NCBI GenBank assembly: GCA_963675595.2
Contig: CAXXLZ010000002.1
Location: 2,336,001 to 2,400,000, forward strand
Length of the DNA: 64,000 bases
Source of the DNA: Thermodesulfobacteriota bacterium
GTDB lineage: Bacteria; Desulfobacterota; Desulfarculia; JACQYL01
Direction: 5' to 3'
Positions 19,981 to 30,180 of this stretch are shown one piece after another; within the stretch, counting starts at the first letter, position 1, and each line of letters starts with the position of its first letter. The translations under genes were made by a program, and so were the position numbers. The notes under the pieces were generated by a model. The model saw only the letters and a program-made list of their open reading frames with translations, was not told the DNA's origin and ran no database searches.

Positions 19981-20553
19981 ATGGACTTCAAAGAATTGGT
20001 CATACGCAACAGAAGCTTTCGCCGATTCGACGCGTCCCATCGGATCGACCGTCAAACACTGGTGGAGTTGGTGGAACTCGCCCGTTGCACGGCTTCCGCC
20101 GCCAACATTCAGCCCATCAGGTACATCCTCTCAGTGGAGCCTGAAACCAATGCCAAGATTTTCGATTGTCTGGCGTGGGCGGCCTATCTGAAGGACTGGC
20201 CGGGTCCCGAGCCGTCCGAGCGCCCGACGGCCTACATGATTCTCTTGATCGATCAGACATTGACCAAGGACTGGTGGTGTGACGACGGCATCGCCGCCCA
20301 GACCATCCTTTTGGGCGCCGTAGACAAGGGCTTGGGGGGATGCATGCTCGGAGCCGTTAACCGGGAGAAGCTGAGAGCGGAGCTCGGTATCGCGGATCAA
20401 TACAAAATACGCTTGGTGCTCGCCTTGGGTAAGCCCTCCGAAACGGTGCTCATTGAAGACCTCCAACCCGGACAGAACATCCGTTACTGGCGGGACGATC
20501 AGGGAGTGCACCACGTGCCCAAACGGAAAATCGACGACCTGATTCTCCCGTAA
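19981..20553 (+). CDS. Nitroreductase family protein
   Basis: NRSFRRF, ASAANIQP, GLGGCMLG, HHVPKR. Confidence 0.85.
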   Translation: MDFKELVIRNRSFRRFDASHRIDRQTLVELVELARCTASAANIQPIRYILSVEPETNAKIFDCLAWAAYLKDWPGPEPSERPTAYMILLIDQTLTKDWWCDDGIAAQTILLGAVDKGLGGCMLGAVNREKLRAELGIADQYKIRLVLALGKPSETVLIEDLQPGQNIRYWRDDQGVHHVPKRKIDDLILP

Positions 20554-20775
20554 CAGACTACCGAATGACGCGCTCCGCGACGTTGCGTTTTTTCGCTCGT
20601 CGCTCCGAGGTGCTCCATGGATACCTTTTTTCTGTGGAATTGAGCACCTTCATGTCGTCGTCCATCACCGGCATGCAGCCACCGGATGTGTTCAACGGGC
20701 CGAAAGAAGGGCCGGAGCCCTTCCCGGATCAGAAAGAAACACGATAAACCCGAATTTCCGAAAAGAGAATCCTTT

Positions 20776-21429
20776 ATGCCGGTGGCCGTGATCTGCTGCA
20801 AGACGCTCGAACTTGAAGTCCGCCGACTCCTGGAAGAATATGACAACGACTTCCGGGTCGAGGTTTTGGAATGGGCGCTGCACATCGAGCCCAAGAAACT
20901 GCTCAGTGTCGTCGTGGAACGGATTGCGGCTCTGGCGGAAACCGGATGTAGCGCCGCCATGTTGGCCTACGGCCGTTGCCAAGCGTTGGATCGGCTTCCG
21001 GAAGACCTTCCGATGCCGGTATTCTATCCACCCGCCGACGACTGTATCGGTGTGCTCCTCGGACAGGATCGCTACGCCGAAGAGCTCATGAAACAGGCCG
21101 GCACCTGGTTCTTCACCCCGGGTTGGATACTCAAGGGGATGGAAGGGGTCTTTGCAGACCTCCAGCTCCACCGCCTGGCCGAGAAGGGGCTGGACCCCAT
21201 GGAAGTCGGAAAGCGGATGCTCGCCGATTACAAACGAGGCCTTCTGGTGGATTCCGGTGTCGGTGAGATTCGCGACTGGCTGCGCCGCGCGTCTGAAATC
21301 ACCGAGTACTTCGGGTGGGAGCTCGAACAGACCCGGGGCTCGCTTTTTCTGCTGCGCGAGGCGCTCCATAAGTCTCTTGAAGCCGCGGGGGAACCGCCGC
21401 GGAAGAAGGCGCTCCCCCATCCCTCGTGA
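20776..21429 (+). CDS. DUF1638 domain protein
   Basis: LH..P..L, YGRC, DDCIGVLLG, GTWFFTPGW. Confidence 0.75.
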   Translation: MPVAVICCKTLELEVRRLLEEYDNDFRVEVLEWALHIEPKKLLSVVVERIAALAETGCSAAMLAYGRCQALDRLPEDLPMPVFYPPADDCIGVLLGQDRYAEELMKQAGTWFFTPGWILKGMEGVFADLQLHRLAEKGLDPMEVGKRMLADYKRGLLVDSGVGEIRDWLRRASEITEYFGWELEQTRGSLFLLREALHKSLEAAGEPPRKKALPHPS

Positions 21430-21578
21430 TTCCTTCCCGGGTTTGCGAGGTTCTCGAACCGTCTTGGTTACATCGCCGCCCAACGACCTTTCCGGAGTCT
21501 TCCCCTGTGCGGGTTGCAGAATCACCGGTCCGCATCCCGGAAGAACCACGGCGCCACCATCATCACTGGGGATAAATC

Positions 21579-22343
21579 ATGTCCGATCTTATCGTGGAAA
21601 CCATTGAACCCGTCCTGCGCCTCACATTGAACCGCCCCGAACAACGGAACGCCTTTTCCGACGCTATGGTGGAGTCCTTGATTCAGGCCCTGTCCGAAGC
21701 GGGTTCCGACCCCAATGTCAAGGCCGTTGTGATCACCGGAGCAGGCAATGCTTTTTGCTCCGGGGGAGACATTAAGAGCATGAAACGCGGAGAGCTCCGC
21801 TCCTGGGGTATGAAGGACTACCTTTGGGAACGTCTCCAGAAACTGCCGCTGGCCATCGAAGCCTTCGACAAACCGGTGGTGGCCGCGGTCAACGGACCCG
21901 CCACCGGCGCTGGAATGGACTTGGCCCTCGCCTGCGATTTGCGGTCCGCGTCCCCCAAAGCGGGGTTCGTTTCCTCCTACGTCCGTTTGGGGCTCGCCCC
22001 GGGCTTCGGCGGTTGCTATTTCCTGCCTCGCCTGGTCGGCGTGGGCAGAGCCCTGGACATACTCCTGAGCGGCCGAAATGTCTCTGCTGAAGAAGCGCTT
22101 TTTATGGGACTGGTCAATCGGATATTCCCTGAGCGCGATTTCCTGAACGCAACCGAAGCATGGGTCGCCGAGACGGTTCAGTGGCCCCTTCCCTCGCTCA
22201 AGTTCATCAAACGCTTGGTTCATCAAGGCACGACGTCGGACCTCAGGACCCATCTGGATACCGTATCTTCACACGATGCGCTTCTCTCGCTCACCGACGA
22301 ACATAGGGATCTGCTGGAGCTGGTCGGCCGAAAGCACCAGTAG
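21579..22343 (+). CDS. Enoyl-CoA hydratase/isomerase family protein
   Basis: LNRPEQRNA, AFCSGGDI, KPVVAAVNGPATGAG. Confidence 0.88.
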   Translation: MSDLIVETIEPVLRLTLNRPEQRNAFSDAMVESLIQALSEAGSDPNVKAVVITGAGNAFCSGGDIKSMKRGELRSWGMKDYLWERLQKLPLAIEAFDKPVVAAVNGPATGAGMDLALACDLRSASPKAGFVSSYVRLGLAPGFGGCYFLPRLVGVGRALDILLSGRNVSAEEALFMGLVNRIFPERDFLNATEAWVAETVQWPLPSLKFIKRLVHQGTTSDLRTHLDTVSSHDALLSLTDEHRDLLELVGRKHQ

Positions 22344-22512
22344 TGCTTGCCCTTCAAGGATTCCTTTTTGCATCGACCTTTTATGGGGCATGGAGTTTGC
22401 CGCCGAAATGGCTATCTTGATGCCAGAGTTCCCGCCCTCGAAGGGTCGGTGCCGTATTTCCCTTGGGAAGAGCGGACTTGGGTAGAAGAAATGCGGAAAG
22501 GAGACGGAAATC

Positions 22513-22740
22513 ATGTCCTTTACCAGAATACAAGGCTTCGAGCCCAGGGTCTTCGTGCCCGATGAAGAGGACGGCGTTCCGAAAAAGCACCCGTGTGCGG
22601 ACTGTCACAGTTGCCAAATGTGCAGCGACACGCGATGCGCCCTGTGCAGGTCACAGAGAGGAAAACACCCGGGGCTTTCCGGAAATTTTCGCTTCCCCAT
22701 GGTTTCGGCTCACCCCTCCGACCCTTCCGGCGCAGCCTGA
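22513..22740 (+). CDS. Small Cys-rich hypothetical protein
   Basis: AAGGAG RBS; CADCHSCQMCSDTRCALC. Confidence 0.6.
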   Translation: MSFTRIQGFEPRVFVPDEEDGVPKKHPCADCHSCQMCSDTRCALCRSQRGKHPGLSGNFRFPMVSAHPSDPSGAA

Positions 22741-22966
22741 ATCAATTCCCCTTGAGCCCATTCTTGGGGCGGAGTCCTGTCCCCGGATCTTGACATGCTC
22801 CGATTTCGGTGTATACAAAATTCGCTTATTGCGGAAGGCGGCCTCTATCGAGAGAGATAATCCCAAGGGCGACCTGCGTTCCCTAAGACGGAAGCGCCCC
22901 CCTCTCTTTCCGGTGATCGGGTCTTACCGTTGATTTCCTTCCCCCAAGAACGGATCGATACGTCCG

Positions 22967-23836
22967 ATGACGCTACAATTCATCATAACCGGCCTAACCG
23001 TCGGCAGTATTTACGCCTTAACCGCGTTGGGGTTCTGCGTGGTGCATAATGCGACGGGGATCGTGAACTTCGCCCAAACCTCGTTCATCATGCTGGGCGG
23101 CATGTTCATGATCACCTTCCTTCAACGCGCGGGGCTCCATGTGATCCCGGCCTTCGTCCTTTCGGTCTGCACCGTGGCCTTGGTGGGGGCCTTATTGGAG
23201 CGGCTCGCCATCCGCCCGTCGCGATCCCGCGAGCCCATCGTTCTCATATTCGTGACCATCGGACTGGCCACTTTTTTGGAAGGCGCCTCCATGCTTGCGT
23301 GGGGCAAACGACATATGACCTACCCTTCGTTCTCTGGAGACGATCCGCTGCATATCATGGGCGCTACCATGATGCCGCAAAGTCTTTGGATTTTCGGGAT
23401 CACCATTGTGACCTTCGTTCTTCTAAGGCTTTTTTTCAGGCACACCCTCACCGGCAAAGCGGTCAGGGCGGTGTGCGCCGATCGCCGCGCCGCGGCTCTA
23501 GCGGGCATCAACGTCAATCGAATGATCATGTTCGCCTTTGCTTTGAGCGGGGCATTGGGCGCCATTGCCGGCATCATCATCACGCCGGTGACGACTACGT
23601 CATATGATTCCGGTCTCATGGTGGGTCTCAAAGGATTTTCAGCGGCCATCCTGGGAGGTTATGGCCGTTTTTCCGGAGCGATCCTGGGAGGGCTGATTCT
23701 GGGCGTCCTCGAATCCCTTTCCGCCGGGTACGTTTCTTCCGCTTATAAGGATGCTCTTGCCTTTATCATCCTGTTGGCCGTGCTCTTCATCCGTCCCACC
23801 GGACTCTTGGGACGGGGCGAAAGCGAACGGGTATAG
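22967..23836 (+). CDS. livH: Branched-chain amino acid-type ABC permease
   Basis: GSIYAL.ALG, GIVNFAQ, GKAVRAV. Confidence 0.88.
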   Translation: MTLQFIITGLTVGSIYALTALGFCVVHNATGIVNFAQTSFIMLGGMFMITFLQRAGLHVIPAFVLSVCTVALVGALLERLAIRPSRSREPIVLIFVTIGLATFLEGASMLAWGKRHMTYPSFSGDDPLHIMGATMMPQSLWIFGITIVTFVLLRLFFRHTLTGKAVRAVCADRRAAALAGINVNRMIMFAFALSGALGAIAGIIITPVTTTSYDSGLMVGLKGFSAAILGGYGRFSGAILGGLILGVLESLSAGYVSSAYKDALAFIILLAVLFIRPTGLLGRGESERV

Positions 23837-23839
23837 ATC

Positions 23840-24808
23840 GTGAACAGAAGAGATACCTTCGGCATTCTTTGTCTAATCTGCGGGCTCACGGTTTTCGCCC
23901 TTGCGATTCGAAATCCCTACTACATTCTGTTGGCCAACGTGGTGGGCCTGAACATCATCGTGGTGATCGGTTTGAACCTCCTCATCGGCTACACCGGTCA
24001 AATATCCCTGGGGCACGGAGCGTTTTTTGGAATGGGAGCCTACCTCTCCGGTGTGCTGACCGCCAATTACGGCCTGCCTCCGTGGCCGACCATGTTGCTT
24101 GCGGTTTCGGTCACTTCATTCGTGGCACTGCTCATCGGCCTGCCCGTGCTTAAGCTCAAAGGTCACTACCTGGTCATGGCCACGCTGGGATTCAACGTAA
24201 TCGTGTCCATATGCATGGTGGAAATGGAATATTGGACCGGAGGCACCTCCGGTCTTCCCGGAATACCCAGTCTCACCATCGGTCCCTGGACCCTCGATAC
24301 CGACCTCGACGTCTTTCCTCTCATATGGGGATTCGCCTTGTCGGTATTGGTGATTTCTTTGAACCTGGTCCACTCGCGGGTGGGAAGAGGTCTGCGCGCC
24401 ATCCACGGCAGTGAAGTGGCGGCCGGAACTTTGGGAGTGAACACGAGGCTCTACAAGATTCAGGTCTTCGTTTTCAGCGCCGCTCTCGCCTCGATTTCAG
24501 GAAGTCTTTACGCGCATTACATCACCTTCATCAGCCCGAAGACTTTCGATTTCTTTTACTCCGTCAAGGTCGTGATCATGGTCATCATAGGGGGGCTGGG
24601 CAGCGTTTGGGGGTCTCTCATCGGAGCCGCGGTCATCACGGCGCTGCCCGAACTTCTCGAAATGGTCGAGGAATACAGTGTTCTGGCCTACGGGCTGATA
24701 CTCGCCCTCGTTCTCATGTTCTTCCCGGACGGACTGCTCCCCGGCCTTGTGGAGGGTTTTCGTAAGCGGTTCGCACACCGGCGGGGAAAGGCCGGCATTT
24801 CAATATGA
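23840..24808 (+). CDS. livM: Branched-chain amino acid-type ABC permease
   Basis: GYTGQISLGHGAFFGMGAY, GRGLRAI, IIGGLGS. Confidence 0.88.
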   Translation: MNRRDTFGILCLICGLTVFALAIRNPYYILLANVVGLNIIVVIGLNLLIGYTGQISLGHGAFFGMGAYLSGVLTANYGLPPWPTMLLAVSVTSFVALLIGLPVLKLKGHYLVMATLGFNVIVSICMVEMEYWTGGTSGLPGIPSLTIGPWTLDTDLDVFPLIWGFALSVLVISLNLVHSRVGRGLRAIHGSEVAAGTLGVNTRLYKIQVFVFSAALASISGSLYAHYITFISPKTFDFFYSVKVVIMVIIGGLGSVWGSLIGAAVITALPELLEMVEEYSVLAYGLILALVLMFFPDGLLPGLVEGFRKRFAHRRGKAGISI

Positions 24809-25617
24809 ACGAAACCAAGCCCCCGATTCATTCCACGAACTCGACGAACGGCCGCCTGCTTTCCGTCAAGGAAGTCGCCAAAGATTACGGCGGCGTGAGA
24901 GCGCTATCGAACCTTAGCTTTCACGTGGATCAGGCCCAGATTCTTTCGCTCATCGGGCCCAATGGTGCCGGAAAAACCACGGCAATCAATCTCGTTTCCG
25001 GCATTTGCCGCCCCTCCGCTGGGGAGGTTCTCCTCGGTGAACATCGTATTTCCCGTCTGCCGTCCCATGAGATCGCCCGCTTGGGAGTCACTCGGACGTT
25101 CCAGAATCTTCAGCTCTTCCGCAACATGAACGTCATTGAGAACGTTATGGTGGGACTGCACCCGAAGACTCGCTGCGGGTTTCTCAAGGGATGCCTTCAC
25201 GCCTTCGGCCACCGCGCGGAAGAAGAAAGCGTGATTCGTCGCGCCGGCGAGATACTGGAACTCACCGATCTGGCCGAGCACAAGAACCGTCCGAGCGACT
25301 CGCTGCCCTATGGTCACCGAAAAAGACTCGAGGTGGCCCGAGCATGGGTCAGCCGTCCGAAACTGATTCTGTTGGACGAACCTGCCGCAGGGCTCAATGG
25401 ACGTGAAACCGAACAAATGGCCGAACTGATCACCCGAATCCGGGATTCAGGCACCTCCGTGTTGCTGGTGGAGCACAACATGGACCTGGTGATGGACATT
25501 TCCGATCATATCGTTGTGTTGAACTATGGTAAGAAAATCGCCGAGGGTGGGCCACATCGGATTTGGAGCCATCCGGAAGTGGTTGAGGCTTATTTAGGGG
25601 GCGGTGCCCATGCTTGA
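24805..25617 (+). CDS. livG: ABC ATP-binding protein
   Basis: GPNGAGKTT, RTFQN, LLDEPAAG, VEHNM. Confidence 0.9.
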   Translation: MNETKPPIHSTNSTNGRLLSVKEVAKDYGGVRALSNLSFHVDQAQILSLIGPNGAGKTTAINLVSGICRPSAGEVLLGEHRISRLPSHEIARLGVTRTFQNLQLFRNMNVIENVMVGLHPKTRCGFLKGCLHAFGHRAEEESVIRRAGEILELTDLAEHKNRPSDSLPYGHRKRLEVARAWVSRPKLILLDEPAAGLNGRETEQMAELITRIRDSGTSVLLVEHNMDLVMDISDHIVVLNYGKKIAEGGPHRIWSHPEVVEAYLGGGAHA

Positions 25618-26344
25618 CGTCCGCTCCCTGTCGGTGAACTACGGTCCGGTCCCAGGCCTGAGGGACGTATCCATCCGGGTCGGCCATGATGAAATCATCG
25701 CAATCATCGGCGCCAACGGAGCGGGGAAGAGCACCCTGCTCAACGCGGTGAGCGGTTTGCTCCGCGCTGCGTCCGGAAAGATCGTGTTTCTTGGAGAGGA
25801 CATTACTCGCCTGTCTCCGGAACGTCGGGTCGCTCTGGGTTTGATTCAGACGCCGGAAGGCCGACGGCTTTTCTCCTCCATGACGGTTCTCGAGAACCTG
25901 CAGATGGGCGCCTACCTGAGATACCGAAGGAAGCAAGGCCCCGCCGTTTCTCAAGACATGGAGCAGGTGTTCGCCCTGTTTCCCGTTCTCACCGCTCGGA
26001 AACGTCAGATTGCCGGAACCCTCAGCGGAGGAGAACAGCAAATGCTGGCCGTGGGTCGCGCACTTATGGGAGACCCTCGCCTTCTTCTGATGGACGAACC
26101 GTCCCTGGGGCTCGCTCCTCTCGTGGTGGGTGAGATTTTCAAAGTCGTTCGACGGTTGCGGAATCCTGAAAGGTCCATTCTTCTCGTGGAACAGAACGCG
26201 CGGGAAGCTCTGGAAAGCTCTACCCGGGCTTACGTACTGGAAGTAGGGTGCTCCCGTCTTTCCGGACCGAGCCGCGAGCTTTGTGAGGACCCCGGAATCA
26301 AAGAGGCATTCCTCGGCAAGCGGCGACCACTTCCCGCCGAGTAG
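25610..26344 (+). CDS. livF: ABC ATP-binding protein
   Basis: GANGAGKST, PEGRRLF, LSGGEQQM, DEPSLGLAP. Confidence 0.9.
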   Translation: MLDVRSLSVNYGPVPGLRDVSIRVGHDEIIAIIGANGAGKSTLLNAVSGLLRAASGKIVFLGEDITRLSPERRVALGLIQTPEGRRLFSSMTVLENLQMGAYLRYRRKQGPAVSQDMEQVFALFPVLTARKRQIAGTLSGGEQQMLAVGRALMGDPRLLLMDEPSLGLAPLVVGEIFKVVRRLRNPERSILLVEQNAREALESSTRAYVLEVGCSRLSGPSRELCEDPGIKEAFLGKRRPLPAE

Positions 26345-26572
26345 GAACCGGACCGGCGTTCTTCTCCATGAGGTCGCCGAATTGCCGACGAAAAGCGCCG
26401 AAACGCTTCACCGTTGGTCCGTGTCCATTGCGGACATACGTTTCTGTGAGCGTGCGGCTTTTCCTCGATTTCTTTCGAATCATGGAGTTCGAAATTGCTC
26501 TCTAATCGGAATTCACGTATAAGGCATTGATTGTCTTCAAAGAGAAGTCTCATGCAAAGGAATGGATGAAAC

Positions 26573-27859
26573 ATGTCGACCAGGTTTCAATCGATCATCA
26601 AGAATGAGGAAGAACTGAAAGCCCGTCAACTGGAAGGACTCCAATGGACCGTTGCCCATGCGTATCAGGGGTCCGCTTTTTATCGCAGCCATCTGAGCGC
26701 AGCGGGTGTCGACCCTGATCAAATCCGAAGCCTGGATGACCTTAAACGTCTTCCTTTTCTCACGGCCGATCATCTTCGCGACGACTACCCTTTCCCATTG
26801 CTCTCCGTTCCCAATTCCGAAGTGGTTCGTGTTCACGCTTCCACAGGTACCACGGGTAGACGCAAAGTACTTTGTTACACACGGAAAGACATTGACGATT
26901 GGACACAATTCTTCGCCCGATGTTACGAAACGGCGGGGCTCAGTCAGGAGGACCGGGTACAGATCGCGGTCGGTTACGGCATATGGACCGCAGGTGTCGG
27001 TTTTCAGTCCGCGTGCGAACGCTTCGGCGCCATGGCCATCCCCGCCGGGCCCGGCAACATGGACATTCAGTGCCGTTTCCTGGAGGATTTCCAGAGCACG
27101 GTGTTCTGCTGCACCGCGTCTATGGGGCTGCTTATGGGAGAGGAGGTTCGTAGACGCGGCCTGCTCGACCGAATCAAACTGAACAAGGTGATCATGGGTT
27201 CCGAGCGGTCCAGCGACGCCATGCTCCAACGCATGAGGGAACTCCTGGGAGTGGAACATATTTTCGATATCACCGGTTTGACCGAGTTGTACGGCCCGGG
27301 AACGGGCATCGATTGCACCTACCACAGAGGCATCCATTACTGGGCGGATTACTACATTCTCGAGATTGTCGATCCCGAAACCCTTGAGCCGACTCCGGAA
27401 GGAGAAATCGGAGAAATGGTGATCACGACCTTGTGCAAAGAGGCCGCACCCTTGATCCGATACCGAACCCGCGATCTCACCCGACTCCTCCCCGGCCCTT
27501 GTCCCTGTGGCTCTCCAATGCCCCGTCACGACCGACTCATCGGTCGTTCCGACGACATGTTCATATACAGGGCGGTGAATATCTATCCCAGTGGGATCGA
27601 CGAGATACTGTCCGAGTTCAAAGAACTCGACAGTGAGTATCAGGTGCATCTTGACCGCCGTGAGGACGGCAGAGACTACATGACCATCAGAGCGGAGCGC
27701 AACCGTGAAGTACCGGCGGAAATGAATTCCGAACTGGCGGGCAGGGTGAAGAAAGCGATCAAATCCCGCTTTCTGGTGTCTACGGATGTGGAAATCGTGG
27801 ACTATCAATCATTGCCGCGCAGTGAGCGGAAGAGCCGACGGGTTTTCGACAACCGATAG
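26573..27859 (+). CDS. paaK: Phenylacetate-CoA ligase family protein
   Basis: HASTGTTG, GLTELYGPG, PLIRYRTRD, GRSDDM. Confidence 0.85.
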   Translation: MSTRFQSIIKNEEELKARQLEGLQWTVAHAYQGSAFYRSHLSAAGVDPDQIRSLDDLKRLPFLTADHLRDDYPFPLLSVPNSEVVRVHASTGTTGRRKVLCYTRKDIDDWTQFFARCYETAGLSQEDRVQIAVGYGIWTAGVGFQSACERFGAMAIPAGPGNMDIQCRFLEDFQSTVFCCTASMGLLMGEEVRRRGLLDRIKLNKVIMGSERSSDAMLQRMRELLGVEHIFDITGLTELYGPGTGIDCTYHRGIHYWADYYILEIVDPETLEPTPEGEIGEMVITTLCKEAAPLIRYRTRDLTRLLPGPCPCGSPMPRHDRLIGRSDDMFIYRAVNIYPSGIDEILSEFKELDSEYQVHLDRREDGRDYMTIRAERNREVPAEMNSELAGRVKKAIKSRFLVSTDVEIVDYQSLPRSERKSRRVFDNR

Positions 27860-27872
27860 ACCGCGGGTTCCC

Positions 27873-28026
27873 AACATCCCGTTGAAAAAGGCCGGTTGCC
27901 GCAGGTTGATGAAGAACGATGAGATGCAAGGCGCGCTAATCTTGTGGAATGAGGAGTACATGGAAGTACGCTGCAGTGACGCGGGATAAAACGCAACGCC
28001 GCGGATCGCGTTTTTAACGGCCTGTT
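27873..28026 (+). repeat. ~125-bp intergenic repeat (core 27901-28026) preceded by a possible extra end fragment
   Basis: Colinear with the reverse complement of 8105-8230. Confidence 0.75.
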
Positions 28027-28117
28027 GACCTTTCTTTGCCGAAACCGTGGGGTCTTCCTCCGTCGGAAACCCCCAATTCGCGAAACTTTTCATGAGAACT
28101 GGAACAAGGAGGATGCC

Positions 28118-29302
28118 ATGAAGCGCGTTTTGACTCTGTTGATGGTCGCCTGTTTGCTGCTCGGCCTGAGTTCCCTTGCCGTGGGGGATGATGGTCCCAT
28201 CAAGATCGGTGCGTTCTTTGCACTTTCCGGCCCGGCGGCGCACATAGGTACACCCACCAAATTGGTGGCGGAAATGGCCGTAAGCGAAATCAACAAAAAG
28301 GGCGGCATCAACGGCCGTCCCATCCAACTGGTCGTGGGAGATACGGAAGGAGAACCCACCAAAGCCATCATGACGGCCAAGCGTTTCATCGAGGTCGAAA
28401 AGGTTTCGGCAATTATCGGTCCCACGCGTACCGGCACCGGCATGGCCGTCAAGAAAATCATCGAGCAGGCGCAAATTCCAACCTTCATGACCGTGGGAGG
28501 CGACCCGGTGATCATGTCCGGAGTCCACGGCGGGAAAAATCTGGGCACGGCTCACTGGATTTTCAAATCCCCTCAACGTTCTTCCACCGCTGTTGCCAAA
28601 GTGTACGAATACCTCAAAGCCAAAGGGGTGAAAAAGATCGCCCTCCTTACGGCTTCCGACGGTTTCGGAAAAGACGGCAAGCGATGGCTCACCAAGTCCG
28701 CCGGTGATTTCGGACTGAGCATTGTGATGGATGAAACGTTCAATCCCGCCGATACCGATATGTCCACTCAGCTCACCAAAATCCGTAATTCCGACGCCGA
28801 GGTCATCATCTGCTGGACCATCGGACCCGCGGGATCCATTGTAGCGAAGAATGCCGCTCAATTGGGCATCGACAAGCCCTTGTTCCAGTGCCACGGTCTG
28901 CCCGGACCGGATTACATCGAACTGGCGGGTGAGGCTTCGGAGGGGAACCTGATGCCTTCCACCAAGCTCATGGCGCCGACTCAGCTACTCGACTCCGATC
29001 CGCAGAAGCCGGTGATCGCGGAATTCGTCCGGCTCTACAATGACGAGTACGGCCTCAACAAGGAGTTCCCCATAAATACCCATTCCGGATACGCTTGGGA
29101 CGCCCTGATGATTGTTGCCGATGCTATGGAAAAAGTGGGGACGGACCCGGAGAAGCTTCGCTCCGCCATCGAAACGACCCAGAACCATGTCGGTGTAAGC
29201 GGCGTCTACAACCTGTCGCCCGATGATCATAACGGACTCAACACGGATTCCATGATCATCGTCAAAATTGAGAACGGTAATTGGGTTCTTCAGCCCTACT
29301 GA
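28118..29302 (+). CDS. ABC substrate-binding protein (LivK/aromatic-acid type)
   Basis: AAGGAGG RBS, signal peptide, IKIG...SGPAA..G, INKKGGINGRPI. Confidence 0.88.
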   Translation: MKRVLTLLMVACLLLGLSSLAVGDDGPIKIGAFFALSGPAAHIGTPTKLVAEMAVSEINKKGGINGRPIQLVVGDTEGEPTKAIMTAKRFIEVEKVSAIIGPTRTGTGMAVKKIIEQAQIPTFMTVGGDPVIMSGVHGGKNLGTAHWIFKSPQRSSTAVAKVYEYLKAKGVKKIALLTASDGFGKDGKRWLTKSAGDFGLSIVMDETFNPADTDMSTQLTKIRNSDAEVIICWTIGPAGSIVAKNAAQLGIDKPLFQCHGLPGPDYIELAGEASEGNLMPSTKLMAPTQLLDSDPQKPVIAEFVRLYNDEYGLNKEFPINTHSGYAWDALMIVADAMEKVGTDPEKLRSAIETTQNHVGVSGVYNLSPDDHNGLNTDSMIIVKIENGNWVLQPY

Positions 29303-29310
29303 CGAATACA

Positions 29311-29343
29311 GGGGCCTCCGCACCCGTCACTTTCGGAGGCCCC
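29311..29343 (+). terminator. Stem-loop after the binding-protein gene
   Basis: GGGGCCTCCG...CGGAGGCCCC 10-bp stem; no U-tract. Confidence 0.4.
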
Positions 29344-29547
29344 GAAACCCGTCACCGCGCCTTGCCCTCCTTCGGGCGGCTCCTCTCCCAGTATTTAGAG
29401 GGGACCTCCCGGAAGTTGAGACTTCACCCAAGCTTCCCCTCCCTGAAACGCGATCCCATTATACGCGGCTTCAAAGCGATTCCACAGGGAAACGAGTCAT
29501 TTTCCAAGGCGATTCTCCTTTCGCGAGCCCCGGGAGGTACAAACCCA

Positions 29548-30135
29548 ATGACCCGCAGCATTCGTTGCTACTCGTTATGCCTAGTCTTCACAACAGTCAC
29601 GCTGCTGTTCTTCGCCGGAGTCGCGGCCGGTGTGCAGCCCTGTCGGACCGTACCCCAAAGGTCGCGTGTCGATCTGAAAGCCGCTTACGCTTTCTCATTC
29701 AACACGGTCAGCAAACCCGAGTTTTTTTCCGTGCTGCCTTCCTATTCCTACATCCTCAACCGTTTCGGCAGTGAAGACCTTGGGCTGGATGTCGAGGTTG
29801 TGCTGGAGGGTCTGTTCGATTATTATACCGAACCGGAGACCGGCTATGGATACGGGGCCATTCCCATGCTCAGGCTGAACCTCATCAATCGTGTCCTGGT
29901 TCCCTACATCAGCGCCGGCAGTGGGCCGTACTATCTCGACCTTACGGTTCACGAACTTGGGCAGAAGTTCAACTTCAAATCTCAAGCGGAGTTCGGGCTT
30001 CGGGCGCCTTTCGGCAATGGTTGGTCCGCAGAAGCCGCCTATCGAGCCCAGCACGTATCCAACCTCGGCATGAGCGATAGAAACGACGGGATCAACAGCC
30101 ACCAGGTCGTATTCGGGTTCGCCTATCGATTCTGA
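29548..30135 (+). CDS. PagL-like lipid A 3-O-deacylase / acyloxyacyl hydrolase beta-barrel
   Basis: FNF, HVSN.G...NDGIN catalytic segment, C-terminal Phe. Confidence 0.75.
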   Translation: MTRSIRCYSLCLVFTTVTLLFFAGVAAGVQPCRTVPQRSRVDLKAAYAFSFNTVSKPEFFSVLPSYSYILNRFGSEDLGLDVEVVLEGLFDYYTEPETGYGYGAIPMLRLNLINRVLVPYISAGSGPYYLDLTVHELGQKFNFKSQAEFGLRAPFGNGWSAEAAYRAQHVSNLGMSDRNDGINSHQVVFGFAYRF

Positions 30136-30180
30136 ATACCGCCGGCCCTTCAGGGCCGTCGTTCCTTGCAGGGAGATGAA

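Noticed and set aside
22513-22740. c-type cytochrome or RiPP precursor call for the Cys-rich mini-protein
   Set aside because: No export signal and no adjacent modifying enzyme.
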